NCBI GenBank assembly: GCA_037447605.1
Contig: CM074806.1
Span: 4,402,001 to 4,466,000 of the forward strand
Source of the DNA: Zygnema circumcarinatum SAG 698-1b
Taxonomy: Eukaryota > Plantae > Zygnematophyceae
Direction of reading: 5' to 3'
DNA length: 64,000 nt
A program made the position numbers and the translations under genes. Below are positions 1 through 21,056 of the stretch, one piece after another. Below the pieces are notes generated by a model, which was not told the DNA's origin, ran no database searches, and saw only the letters and a list, made by a program, of their open reading frames with translations. The number at the start of each line of letters is the position of its first letter. Within the stretch, counting starts at the first letter, position 1.

Positions 1-1599
1 AAGCAGTGAACCTATCTTGTCTCCACTAACCGCAAGATGAGGGAATACGAAGAAAATATCTGTTGTTTGAGGCAAACAAAACATCAATCAAATATGACTT
101 TCAGATGCAGAACAGGTCTGAGGGTTTGCGGAGAGTTTCAGGAGTTCATCCTTTGAGAGATGTGAATGAATGGAAAGCTTGTGTTCAGATGAAGGATGTG
201 AAGGGGAAGCTTTTTTCGGTTTGCAGATGAAACTTACACTTGGGACGAGTATCGCCGGACTCAATTTCAGGCGGAGGGCAATGCGATATTCCGGCTCTAA
301 GCCCCTTCTCGCCGCAGCTAAGGACCCCCCCCAGACCGGAAATGCTGAAGATTGAACCGAACTGCTTACTGATAAGAGTCTCAAGGGGGCGGCAAAGCTG
401 CACATTCGTCAAACAGCACAAGGAAGGGTTCAGTTTCTAGATTATTAGTTTTTTATTAGTTTTTTTCAGGCTATTTGAAGGGGGATTATTTGGTACATCC
501 GTCTGCAAGATTTCTTCAGGGGATGTGAATGTTATTCAGTCAAGAGTTTCGCAAGTTAGGATGTTGTACCTCATCACGACAAGTGCCAACCAGCGGTATG
601 CAGTTGCCCCTGCAGGGAGAAGTCGGAGTAAAAAAAGAAGAATTAGTGATAGACATTTCGGGTAGAAAGCGGCTCCATGCAAAACATTCTGATAACCAAC
701 AACTCTGCAACTTTAGCTGCTAAGAGGCTATCAGGATTATAGGGTTTCCAGAGTATCCCCTCAATTTGGGTTCTAAAGGGTTTTCCAGCTCACTTTTTGA
801 ATCCGAATCCGGCCAGCACTCTGCCACACGTGTGAATAAACTCTTTCGCTCCGACTACCTCCTTGCTGGAAGAGTTTACACGTGTTAAGAGATATTCTTG
901 AGCCCATCGTGGCACGAAATCTGCAGAATCTGTTTGAGTTGGCGAGTGACTGATGCTCAAGTCCATGTCTGGATTAAGAAAAAGGCGATGAAATCCGGCG
1001 AGGTTAGGTCAGCCAGGTTTGATCAATTCCAGTTCAAGCTCTGAGGAGTTCAGTCCCTTCTGAACAGCAGTCAGAAACCCAATGCGTGTTGGAATAAGAT
1101 GGGAGCAAGAGAGGGTCGGAGAAGGAACAGCTCCAAAAGGAAAGTTTCTACCGGAACATGCTGTGGTCGGGACAGAAGCTCACCAAGGGGACCCAATATC
1201 GATCGATATCAGAGGACAACCTTACGAAAATGCGCTACCAATTCAAGTTAATTCTTGCACCAAACATCCACAATCAAGGAGCAACCTGAATTCTCATTCA
1301 TACAGTGAAGAGGTGACGAGCGAATCCAAATTTTATTGATAAGTGCGGCTGTCGCTTTTCAAGAGGTCCCCCCTCAAATGGTACACCTCCTCAATCCCAG
1401 CACTCCAGCCATTCCTTCCCCCTCTACACAATATCAATATATCACATAACCACGTATCTTCTCTACCTTCTTCCCCTCATCAAGAAGCTTTCTCCACACA
1501 TGTACTCAGAAAGAAGAGCACTCATAAATTACATCACAATCTGTAAAAACTAAACTTGCTATACCACTCTGACGTCGACCTTTCCTCGAGCTCTCCAAT

Positions 1600-4500
1600 T
1601 TACGCAGCATGGATAAGGCGAGTAGCTCGCGGAATCGACCCACCGCCAGCATTCGCCGTTCCATGCTCCGTTGCTCCATTCGCAACTGTAGCCGCTGCCG
1701 CCTTCCCTTTCACTTCCCTTGCAGCCGCATGCACGGCCTGCCCCTCATTGGCTGCCGCCGCCGGTAGTAGCCCCATTTGAGCGAGCCATGCCGGCGGCTC
1801 GATGCCGGTCTGATCCTGAATTGTGCTCAGAAGGGGAGGGAGCGACTGGATGAAGTCTTGGAAGGGGTGGGCGGTCGAAGGCGTCGAGGAATCGCCGCCC
1901 GTCGTCCAAACGTTGATTTTAGGGTTGATGCCCTGCACCGCGTCCGCGCTACATTTGGCGAGTTCGCTGAAGAGCCCGCGTTCGATCATGAGGTATTGCA
2001 GAACGGATTCGTAGTCGCCGTTGAAAGCCTTTCCCTGGTAGATCATTGAAGAGAAGGAGGTATAAAGACAGGGTGGGTGTGAGTGCTGCAGATGGAATGG
2101 CGGAGAAGCTGGAGTGCTTAAGTTCTTAACTTGTTAATTTAGGACATGGCATTCATTTCAATTACTTTCGTTTGATTCGGTAGCATGCAGGAATCGGTGC
2201 AGTATCGGATTGTGAAGCAGCTTACCAGGCTTGCTAACCCTTCTGCTTGTGCTGTGGCGACGGCAAGCTCGCCTTCTGCCTCTTTCTCCTTTGTGAAGAG
2301 AACAGCATCCGCAGCTCTTTGCTGCGCATATGCCTTTGCATCGGTAGTCTGCGCAAGAAGTCATTTAAGCAGACGTCAGGAATACAGCAATCGTAATGTT
2401 TCTTAATGATAAAATCTTCGGAAAGGAAATCAGGCACTCTCACTTGCAGGTTTCACAGTTGGCTACAAGGTTTTTACAGGAACAGTTTCCAGGAAACCCC
2501 AAATCAAGCAAACATGCAAGAAACGGCAGGTCAGAAAAAGGCAGAAGTACGCACATCCATGAGAGCTTGATTCTGCGCCTTCCGCAGGGCCAAAATATTT
2601 GCCTTCTCGTGCTCTGTTTTCTCCAGGAGGCGGAGCTTTTCGACCTCTGTTTGCAGCTCCGCTGTACGCTTGGCAGCCGCATTTTCAGCTTCCAGCTGCG
2701 CAATTCTCGTCTGCACATTTTTGAAGGCTTACCAACATGTCAGTCTACCTCAAGGTATCTTCTAACCAAGCTACAGACTTCAAAGAGAGGAAGAAACAAA
2801 TGTATATAGCAAGGATAGCGCTATTTGCAATGATCTCTACATGTCCAATGACGTTTTAAAATAGTAGTCAAGAGTTAACTGAGGGATGTTCTATCACCTT
2901 TCGGTGATAGTCCGCGACCTTCACCGCGAGCTCTGCCTCCGATCCAAAAACAAGAGTTTTGTTGCGGTTTTCGAGAACCACTGTGTCTGCTTCAAGCAGA
3001 GAAACACCCTTGCGAGTTCTTGCTTCTTCAGTTTTTGCTCCAACATCTCCCGAATACTTCGCCTTGGCAACCTCAATCTTCGCTTGATTCACCGCGCCTT
3101 CGTGCGTCTGAGCAAAAAAAAAAAAAGTAGAGGTTTTTAGAAGTTGCTCTAATCTTTTGGTCAGTTTCTGGATCGCTAATCACTGAAAATGCTCAAACAA
3201 TAAGAACCTGAAGCATCTGAGTACAGTAGTTCGCTGGGCGAAAGGGATCATTGGATTCGACTTTTTCACCTTTTTCCGAATGTACTGGAAGTACTCCGAG
3301 CCCTGCACAGAGTAGCCAGAACAAAAGAAGCAGAAAAAAATTGCAGCCTTTAGTCGCATACAGGTAGTATACTCCTCACTGTAAGCCATGGATTTCTTAG
3401 CCAAGATTGCTTAGATCAAGTTACTCTAACCACAGAAGAGATCTTGATCTTGATCTTGATCTTGACTCTGATCGATGAGGAAAGGGAGGGAGGGCTCACA
3501 GCAGTATCAGAGAGCTGCTTGATGTTCGCATTGAAGATGACGAGCCCGAAGTGATCGAGCTCTGTCTGCACTCCGTCCATGATCTTAGTTCGAAACTCCT
3601 TCCGAGAATTGAAGATATCTTCCATCCGCATTGTTGCTGCAACGACTCTCGACTCGCCCTCCACGATGCCCCTCACCAGCTCCGTCAAATGCTCCTTTTT
3701 GTTGGTCGCCTGCATTGCGCCCCCACCTCCAACATTATTATTCATTTTTTTTTAAATTAGAAAAAAGAAGGGGGGCCTGAAAACTTTGAAATCCCAAGCA
3801 TCCGACAAACAATTAAAAGGTTAAGAAAAAAAAAAAAAATTAAGAACTTAAAAAAATGAAGGAATGAAGGTACCTGGGCCACTGTCTTGGCGTACGTTTC
3901 GATGCTCTTGGGATCATCTCTTGGGCCAATGGTGAACACTGCCGGCATTGTAAACTCCAATTTTTCAAAAGTCATCGCCTGCGTTGACCAGCAGACATGG
4001 CATTGTAAGAAGAAGTATAATCTTCAATATGGAAGCTTCAAGAGGACCTGAAATGAAGTATTGGAATTAGATGGAAGGCAGTCATCTGCAAGCAATTCTT
4101 TGTATATTTTTGCGAACTTACTTGAAGGGAGAGGCTGTAAATTCTCGGCGCCATGTCCAAAAAGTAGGCCTTCTGCCCAATTAGTCGCCACCCCTTCCTG
4201 GTGATCGCCACATCTCTAATGCCAAGTCCTGTACGGACCAGGTACTGCACAGGTAATGCAGGGAGGAAAGAATTAGCATTCAATATGGGGGCGTGAATGA
4301 ATGCTGAATTGAAAGATTGAACATCAAATCCTGGAGAGTGACCATGAGATGTTGGAAATCGACGTCGACATAGAAATTGATCTTCACATCATCATCATAT
4401 GAAACCCGCAACACTGCACTGAACTTGACCGTACGCCTCCTCCTCCTCCTCCACAGTCCCCCCCTCTCTCCAATTGCTCTCTCTTTCTCCCCTCGCTTTC

Positions 4501-5300
4501 TTTCCACCTCTCCATCCTCGTCTCAATTTGCACTCCCTCTCTCCGTCTCTGGTCCTCCCGCTGCCTATGTCTCTCCCTTCTCGCTCTCTTACTTACCCCC
4601 CACCTCTTGCTCTCTTCTTTCACTTCCTTCTATCTCTCGCACACTTATCACAAGGACTCTCCTCTTCCCCCCCCCCTCTCCCTATCTCTCCCTCTCCCTC
4701 TCTCCCAACCCTGACCTCTCCAAACCCACCACCAATCCCGTCCACTCCCTCCATCAACATCTCCATTCACTTCCCGCTTTCCTCCTCACTCCCATTGCCA
4801 CCTATTCCTTCCCCTTGTCGATCACACCACCCCCTCTCCCTCCCTCTCCCTCTATTTCCACCTCCGTCTCCCCTCCCCCTTCTTCCTCTCCCTGTCCCTC
4901 CCATCACCTCCCCCAATTCATTGTGCTCTGTGCCCCGCCCTCCACTCTCCCCTTCGCTACCCCCGCCCCCCCGCCCCATCTCCCTCCCTCTCCCCCCTTG
5001 TTCCACCTCCGTCTCCCTCCCCCTACATTTTCTCCCCCTCCCTCCATCCCACTCCCTCTTCCAATCACTCTGCTCTCTTTCCTCCTCTTCTCTCCCCTTT
5101 CTTTCCCAAATTCCTCCGTAATTCCACCGCGCAAATGCCACAATGCCTCCCACCCCCCAAACACTCTCTCTGCTCTCCCTCTTCCACCCCCTCTCTCTCT
5201 ACCCTCTCTCACTCACCGCGTCCCCAACCTTTAAATCCAAACCAACACAAGCTGAGGCCCCTCCTACCTCGTTCGACCCCGCCACCAGAAACAGCGCCAT
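1600..5300 (-). CDS. FLOT: Flotillin-like protein (SPFH/band 7 family), paralog A, 9 exons
   Basis: Exons 5300-5268 (MALFLVAGSNE), 4244-4122 (YLVRTGLGIRDV..), 3978-3874 (AMTFEKLEFTMPAVFTIGP), 3709-3500 (VEGESRVVAATMRMEDIF..FGLVIFNANIKQL), 3302-3270, 3107-2898, 2710-2555, 2348-2226, 2034-1600 (LQYLMIERG..PKINVW..QTGIEPPAWL). All junctions are GT-AG and in phase. Motifs match plant flotillins. Confidence 0.93.
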
Positions 5301-7440
5301 GGCGCCCGCCCGCGACCCGCGTCTCCCTCAACCCTAAACCCTCCCTCCTTTCCTCCCTCCCTCCCTGTCTCCCTCTCCCTCTCTCCCTCTCTCCCTCTCT
5401 CCCTCCCTCTGCTTCAGAGACTTGCCCTCCTCTCCTCCCTCGAGAGTTCGCGCCAGAGGAAGAAGGGAGCCCCGAGGGGGGGAAGGCGGGACGGTACGGA
5501 CAATGTCGGTGTGACATGCATTTGTCGCGAAGCGGGGGAGGGAAAATCTGCGCTGTTTGACCGAGGCGGATAAGACTGCCAATTGTACGGAAAAGTCTGG
5601 CTCCACGTCAGAAGTTGATGACGTGGACATTTTTGAGCCAGTCCGAACGCTTCTTTACATGTGCGGTCTTATAACAGAATTTTTAGTCGGTACGCGGTTT
5701 TGGGAAGATTGGGGTTGATCAGTTAGGGCGTTGACTTCGGGCACTCCACAAAATGATTGGTTTTAACTGCCCGTTGACTTAGCCGGGAAGCTAAGGCTCC
5801 TAAAAAATGGGCCGTCCAATGGGGGCGTCGGAAGGGAGGCGATGGAGGATCGGACGGTCAAGACACGCTCGGAAAACCTTTTCGTGCAGAAGGTGAAACG
5901 GAATTTGAGGGCAGGTCAGGAAGCTTGCTGCCCAAGAGTGCTGCCCGAAAAAACAAGGTTGCGCTGAGAGGGCAGGAAAAAGTTTGACTCTTTGTCGGGA
6001 TGGGATTTTGCTGATTTTTATATTTTGATTTTCAGTTTTAAACAGTGCCAGGTACGTTGAGACAATCATTATTGTGCAATTCCACTATTTCTTAAAACCG
6101 CCTGTAATTTATTGTTGTTCAATATAGGCAGGCTACGAAATCCGACGGTTCACGTTTCTGGATATTCATCGAATTTAGATACTAACGGTCAACGACTACC
6201 TAAATCGGGAATGCGATCGTGACACGTGGCATAAGTGTGGACATACACTCCTAAGGGATCATTTCTTAAAAAAATTAGAAAAATAAAACCATCAAGTTGT
6301 TTTCTTTTTTGGGATTTCAGTTCGAACATATTTACAAAGTTTAATCCGTATTTTTTTGGACAGACTTGCCGCCGCCCGCCCCAAATGCCCGCTGCCGGAC
6401 GGCTCTCTGGCTCCCGCTACGCTCTCCTTCCCTCCCCTCTCTCCCCCGTCACTCTCGCTCTCTCCCTCTCCTTTATCCGTCTCTCACTCTCTCCTCTCTC
6501 TCTCCCTCCTCTCCCTCCCTCTCCCTCCTCTTTATCCCTCCTCTCTCTCCCTCCCCTCTCTCCCTCCTCTCTCTCCCTCTCCCTCTCCTTCCTCCGTCTC
6601 TCACTCTCTCCCCTCCCCCTCTCCTTCCAAAGGACGTTTGCAGCCCCGCATTGCATCTGTCTCGTTTGAAGGTGCGATGACGCGTCACATTTGACCTGCT
6701 CTTCCCATTCTCCATGTGTGCTCCGTTTTGTTATCTTTTATTGAAAGCTGAACTGCATTTCTCACATGTGCCGGGAATCACCCTTTCGTGTCCAGCCCCT
6801 CCTCCTCTTTGCTTCATATCTCCCCCTGCCGCCTCTCTTTCTCTCTCTCCCTCGCTCTTTATCTCCCCTCCCTCTTCCCCCTTTCGAATTGCCCTCTCTC
6901 TCCTTAATCCCCTCTCCCCAACATCAATTCTTTCATTCTCCTCCTCTCTCGCTGCCACGATGCCACACTGTCCTCTATCTATTTCTCTCTCCCTCTTTGC
7001 CTATGTAACCTCTTCCCTCTCTCCCTCTCCCACTCCTCTCTCCGTCGTCCTTCCTTTCTTCCTCTGCCGCTTCCCCTCTCTCCTCCTCATTTGCCCTCTT
7101 TCTTTCTCCCTGTCTTTCTAAATTCCCTCTCTCCTTACTGTCTTTCCTTGCAACATCGCTTTCATTCCCTCCCTCCTTCTGTTGACACTCCCCCTCCCTC
7201 CCTCTCTCTCCCTCTTTCTCTCTCTCACACACTCAGGCATATTTTGCTTCCTGCAGCCCATAACTTGCCCTCGTCGTTCTCTCCGCCTCCATGGCCTCGT
7301 ATCGTGTGGCGGAGCCGAATCAGGTCACATTCCATCCCTCCCCCCTCTCCCCCTCCCCCTTCCCCCTCTCTCTCTCCCCCTTTCCCTCCCTCCCTCCCTC
7401 CCCCGTACTCTCACTCTTCACCCATCTCGTCTCTGTTCCT
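4430..7440 (+). repeat. Extended C/T-rich low-complexity tracts (about 4430-5420, 6420-6630, 6830-7420) spanning FLOT-A intron 1 and the divergent promoter
   Basis: Near purine-free CCCT/CTCT runs on the + strand, visible directly. The Pro/Leu/Ser-rich ORFs here are artefacts of this composition. Confidence 0.85.
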
Positions 7441-10365
7441 CTGAATGCCAATGCCTTTTGTTCTCGCATTTGAAGGGAGGTTCTTTGTTTGGGAAAAAAT
7501 ATGTCATGTGTAACGGAATGGTGTCCGGCAGGACTGACACGTGTCCCTCCCTCTGTACGCCTTGTGGCAGTATTTGGTGAAGACGGGATGGGGCATAAAG
7601 GACGTGCAGCTCTGCAAAAAGGGATGGATCTTTGTGGGGCAGAAGGCTGCCCTGCTCAACATGGCGCCTCTCAATTACAGCCTCTCTCTGCAGGTGGAAG
7701 AGAAATCTCTCCATGCTTCCAAAAATTATGGCAACACAAATTCAAGAGACATTTCCTCAGATTTGTGAAACTAATTCGAATAAAAGTTTCAATTCGAAGG
7801 GACAACAAGGATAGCTCCTACATTGCCCAAGTCGGGCATGCTTTTGTGCTCAATCATGGGTCACGCAAGTTCAAGTTGATGTTGGGCGGGCTGACAGGCG
7901 ATGACGGTCGAGAAGTTGGAGTTCACAATGCCCGCCGTCTTCACCATCGGCCCCAAAGACGAGGTAGCCGCCGTGCTCAAGTACGCCAAAACGGTGGCCG
8001 AGGTACGGCGCGACCCATGAGGGGAGGGGAGGAGGGGGATGGGGAGGGGAAGGGGAGGGGGAAGGNNNNNNNNNNGGGAGAAGGGAGGGGGGAGGAGGGG
8101 GGAGAAGGGAGGGGGGAGGAGGGGGGAGAAGGGAGGGGGGAATGGGGGAGGGGGGCGGGCTCATTTCGTTCACATAGCAGCCATGTGAGTGGGCCATGAC
8201 GTTCGTTCCGGTGTGCAGAAGGGCGAGACGCATCTGAACGAGCTGGTGAAGGGCATTGTGGAGGGCGAGTCACGCGTGGTGGCGGCGAACATGCGGATGG
8301 AGGACATCTTCAACTCGCGGAAGGAGTTTCGGACGATGATAATGGAGGGGGTGCAGTCGGAGCTCGACCACTTCGGCCTCTTCATCTTCAACGCCAACAT
8401 CAAGCAGCTCGCAGACACGCCGGTGGGTGGACCGGCCCCGTCTCTCTTCACTTTTTCTCTCCATTTATTTTTCTCGCGTCGGAAATTTTTTAGTGAGAAG
8501 GGCGAGGAAGGAAAGTGCAGATGGGTTTTGCTTGAAAATGGAATTTTTGAATTTTTTTTTTTTTTAAATGCTGGTTTCTCGTTTTTGTGTTGCAGGGATC
8601 GGAGTATTTCCAGTACATGCGAACAAAGGTGCTCTTCGGAGAATCCCACTTTTTTTTTTAACGTGCTCAACCATCAACTGTTCGTGACATTGATGGATAA
8701 ATGCTAGTGTTTTTTTCCTCAAATTTGAAGTATTAGCTTCCACCATTTCAGCTTACAATATAATTTAAAAATAAAATAAAAAATGAAATCCTTGATTAAA
8801 TTACCGCCCATTTTTGTGAATGATACCTGATCCTCACCTTTTTCTTGTGGTGGTGCTCCTTTTTCTTCAGACGCATGAAGGTGCTGTGAACCAAGCCAAG
8901 ATTGAAGTGGCGAAGGCAAAGTACGCGGGAGATGTGGGAGAGAAGGACGAGCAGGCGAAGACCCGCAGAGAGGTTTCTCTGATAGAGGCGGAGACAGTCA
9001 TCTTGGAAAACCGCAACAAGAATCAAATTCTCGCTGCGGATGCCGAGCTTTCCATGAAGCAGTCGGAGTATCATCGGAAGGTATACATTAAAAAATCAGA
9101 AAGAAGATAAGTTATAAATATGATATCGGAAGGTATAAAGGTATCTTGACTTTTCGATTCAATTGACTCCTACAAATTGTAGGGTTCTGGGGGTCCTTTA
9201 AGAACCCTGATTTCTGTGAGTCTCCTCTCTCTCACTCACTCACAATTGAGAGGGGTGGGTTTGAGCAGATGGAGATTGCGAGAGTGGAGGCGGAGAAGGC
9301 CACAGAGTCGCGCAAGGCGGAGCTGCAGAAGGAGGTGGAGTCGCTGCGGCTGCTGGAGGAGACGGAGAGGCAGAAGGCGAACATCCTCTCTAAGAACACG
9401 GCGGAGAACCAAGCAGCCATGGAGGTCAGTAGAATTCGTACCGACCATCTCCACTTTGGCTTCGTTTTTTCTTCGTGTAATGACCTCCTCTCTCTCGCTC
9501 TCTCTCTCTCAGCAGAAGGAACATACGACGACCAAAGAAAATAATTTGGACGTTTCCTAGAAGACGACTTTTACCAAGTACCTGCTTTCTTAGCTTCTGA
9601 ACTAGTTTTTGCTACTTAATTGCTCTTTTTTTTCTGCTTTTTGTTTTGTCTATTTTATCTTATCTCTCTCCCGTCTGCAGACCGCCGATGCTGAAAGGTA
9701 CACAAAGGAGCGGCTGGCGGAAGCTGCGCTTTATGCGAAGCAGAAGGAGGCGGAGGGTCTGCTCGCTGTGGCGAACGCGCAGGCCCAAGGGCTCACCAAA
9801 CTGGTACAAATCCCTTCAACTTTATGTTTTTCCAACCATGAACTTCTGCCGCACATTCTTTGAACTCTCATATAAAGACCTATTCCCTTCCCTAATTCCA
9901 CGTCCTTACCTTTCTCAGGCATCCAAGAAGCCCTGAGCCTATTCTTTAACGTTTTTTCTTTAAGGTTTAGAGTTCCTCTTTTCTCACACTGTAATGCCAT
10001 CACCATACATTGCCAATTCCCTGCTGCTTCAGGCTACTTCTTTCGGAAACGACCACGCAGCCGTCCTGCAATACCTGATGATAGAGCGCGGCCTCTATGG
10101 CGAACTCGCCAAGAGAAGCGCCGAAGCAGTGAAGGGACTGAACCCTAAAATCAACGTCTGGACGACGGGAAGCGGAGGCGGAGGAGATGGAGAAGGAGCG
10201 GGCGGCATCAACCCCTCCATGCGTCCAATTCACGACATTTTCCAGTCGCTCCCTCCTCTTCTGAGCTCCATTCAGGAGCAGACAGGCATCGCCGCCATGG
10301 CTCCGCGCAGCAGCGGAGTGAAGATCAGAGAGGCGGCTCTTGCAGCTGTGGAGGGGTCTGCTTGA
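7291..10365 (+). CDS. FLOT: Flotillin-like protein, paralog B, 9 exons
   Basis: Exons 7291-7323 (MASYRVAEPNQ), 7571-7693, 7898-8002, ~8219-8422, 8596-8628, 8871-9080, 9269-9424, 9681-9803, 10033-10365. Intron positions match paralog A. The C-terminus may be frameshifted (see findings). Confidence 0.92.
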
Positions 10366-11177
10366 GGGTGGGGGTCTGATTCTACATCCTGCTGCAGAGT
10401 TCGAGGATAGCGGTTAGGAAGGATTGCAGGCGGTGGTAGTGCAGAGAGATTGGAGTAGAAGGGTGGATGAATTTGAACACATGTCAGTGAGCTTTTTAGT
10501 GTTTCAGGGGATATGATTGGAATATGTTGGTGGGGGAGGGCCATACATACAAGTTTGTTACATGGATGGTTGTAACATTTGTGAATTAAGTTTTTAAAAG
10601 AAATATAAATGATTAGATGAGTAATTTTCGGTTTTTATGTTGAGGGGTGGACGGAAGTTTCCTTTCTCCCTTTGTTGATCACAGTGAACTAGACAAGAAG
10701 AAGAAGGGGGGGGTGGAGGGAGGGGGGGGAGGGGGGAGAGTGCTAAGGTTCTACTGCCATGTTTCCACCAAAAATAGTTCTAAATTGCTAGCAACGTTCA
10801 TACAGCGTTTCCGCTTCATCCATTTATTTGCCGGCTGCACTACAAGGTCTAACCTTTTTTGCTCTACAGGCAAAATCCTGCTGCTAGAATTTATGCGATC
10901 AACAATGGCAAATCCGCCCCCCTTCAATAATGGCAAATCATTTGAAGTGACCAATATCTGAGTTAGGGTTAGGTCCTACGGCAAGAAAAGAGCTGCAACT
11001 GGAACCTACCACCACCTGAAACCGTCACCTACCTAAAGCATAACTGTCAGCATATATATATGTCTATAGCCTTTGTCTTTTTTCCACAGCAAAGAACCCA
11101 CCAGCTAAACATGGGCTCTACAATAGTAAATTAGGTCATTCGTTCACTCTACTTAGCCCACATCTCCACTGATGTCG

Positions 11178-19148
<7,971 letters not shown>

Positions 19149-20369
19149 GACTGCTGCAGAGACTAAGAATAGCGCAGAGCTTGCTAGGGAAGAATAACAG
19201 TAGATATCCTGAAAGTAGCAACCATTCAGTGAAAGTTATGCCGCTTTTCTTTGTACAAAAACGAAGTTCCAAGCATATTCTGAGCTGCAGGGAGTCAAAA
19301 GGTGCCGCTTTTAATTGAGGCTTTTGTTTCTTGCCTCACTCTATCCACTCTTACTTCTCCAAATTCGGTCCACTCCTCCAAACTACGTCCACTAACTAAT
19401 AGCTGCACTTCCATGTCCCTTCAAACTGTCAATACACTTCTAACTGCAAGTAAATAGCAAAAAACCGTCGATCCTGGAACAAGAGTTGTGCAAACCACAG
19501 TAGGAAACGGCAGGAGAAGCCACTCAGCGCTTCCTTAACACCTAATTCCTCATCCTCAACTCAAAGCTGACGCTTTTCCTCGCTTTCGAGAGTGCATCCG
19601 CTAACCCTAATTCACCTCTACTCTTCTCCTGCCGCGTTCACGAGCCTCCCACATGAGCCTCTCCCCTCCTTCCAAGGGGTCCTACAACCTAACCTAACCT
19701 CAGCAAGATGGCCCTCCCTCCCAAAAAGTAACGCGAGAGAGAGAGGGAGAGAGGAGAGCGCGAGAGAGAGAAAGAGAGGCGCTCAGGAGATCGACACGTG
19801 CCCCCTGTTGGAAGGGGGAGCCCTGAAGGGGGCGCTGGGGGGTGGGGAGGAGTTCGCACGTGCGACGACTATCCGTTGGCGGCGGAGGAACTTTTGTTTC
19901 ACGGGCAACCCAAACCGAACGCCGTAGCCGTTGGGGTGGCTGCCCGAGGATTGAACGGGCAGACAAAAAACAATGTTCGGATTTGACTTTGGTTGACTGC
20001 GCCCAATGATTGGAAGTAGGTGGATGACAAAAGGTTTTCTCTCTGCCCGGAATAGTGCCCGAGAAAGGAAAAAAAATAAAGGGCCTGAATTGAATGCGCG
20101 TACGACAAAAGGGCCAAGAATTTGACGGCAAAGGGACGCGCCGCCGCCGGTCAGGGGAAAAGGTTTTAGTGGGAGAGGGCGGGCTGCCCTTTTTATACGC
20201 CTATTTGTACCCGATAAAGCGATACCTAGGACCATTCACGTTTTCGGGCCGTTGGGCTACGGATTCGCACGGGTGGATTCAGACCTTGCTGGCCGTATGC
20301 CGTACGAATTATTGTACGGACATCCGGTGCGCCGGTGGACGGCATAGGGATGGATGGACATAAAAACTA

Positions 20370-20488
20370 GGGTCAATTTACACAGCTTTTTAGGATAGAT
20401 ACACACCATTGGGTTGAATACGAATACTTAAATCTGATCGGAGAAATATACGTGTATCTAATCAAAAAGGTGTGTAAATTATCTTCCC
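20370..20488. mobile_element. Small degenerate MITE-like inverted repeat (~120 bp)
   Basis: Left GGGTCAATTTACACAGCTTTTTAGGATAGATACAC pairs imperfectly with right GTGTATCTAATCAAAAAGGTGTGTAAATTATCTTCCC. No TSD seen. Confidence 0.45.
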
Positions 20489-20543
20489 AGTAGAATTCTA
20501 ATAAACAATTCCGAAGTAAGGAAGGGAAGAGGGTGATGTTTGA

Positions 20544-20860
20544 TTGAACTCACGATGGCAAGGCCATCAAATGTACATGGATAGAATCGACATAGGGAAC
20601 CATAAGAAGCGGTCACAATGGACATAAGGACAAAGAGAAAGCCTCAAAACGGAAAGCGACTTCTAGGCTCGACAACAAGGCACTAGAAGCATCCCGAAGG
20701 GAAGTAGAGGAGAAAATTTCATTGAAGTCACGATGGCGAGGCCATCAAATGTACATGGACAAAAGCATGATGTGGAACCACGAGGGACTGGTCGCAAAGG
20801 ACCTAAGCACAATAGAACAAAGCAACGAGCGGAAGTAGAGGCCGTTTTATAAAACACTTT
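20544..20860 (+). mobile_element. Two same-orientation terminal remnants of the long-TIR element family
   Basis: Core TTGAACTCACGATGGC(A/G)AGGCCATCAAATGTACATGGA at 20544 and 20722. The first matches the reverse complement of ~24600-24731 and the second that of ~30170-30288. Confidence 0.75.
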
Positions 20861-21056
20861 TAGAATGGTTGGACTGATGTACAAATATAAGGTCGTACAG
20901 AGGAACTGTACGGCCAGGGCTAGTGGCTGGATTCAAGTTAGCAGGCGTTCAAAGTCTATGGTCGTAAAAACATGTAAAGAGTGTTCTAAAATCTCAAACT
21001 TGTAGATATTCGAACGTTCTAATTCAGAAAACTGAAACTCTATAAGTCACGGACAA

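Noticed and set aside
4377-7580. Long Pro/Leu/Ser-rich and Glu/Arg/Gly-rich ORFs (e.g. 4377-5234, 4474-5121, 6235-6669)
   Set aside because: They are translations of C/T low-complexity intron and promoter tracts, which lack stop codons by composition.
10751-10954. Minus-strand ORF with GGGFAIV and LFLVETW, resembling LINE endonuclease motifs
   Set aside because: The motifs are in the reverse order to real APE-type endonucleases and there is no other support.
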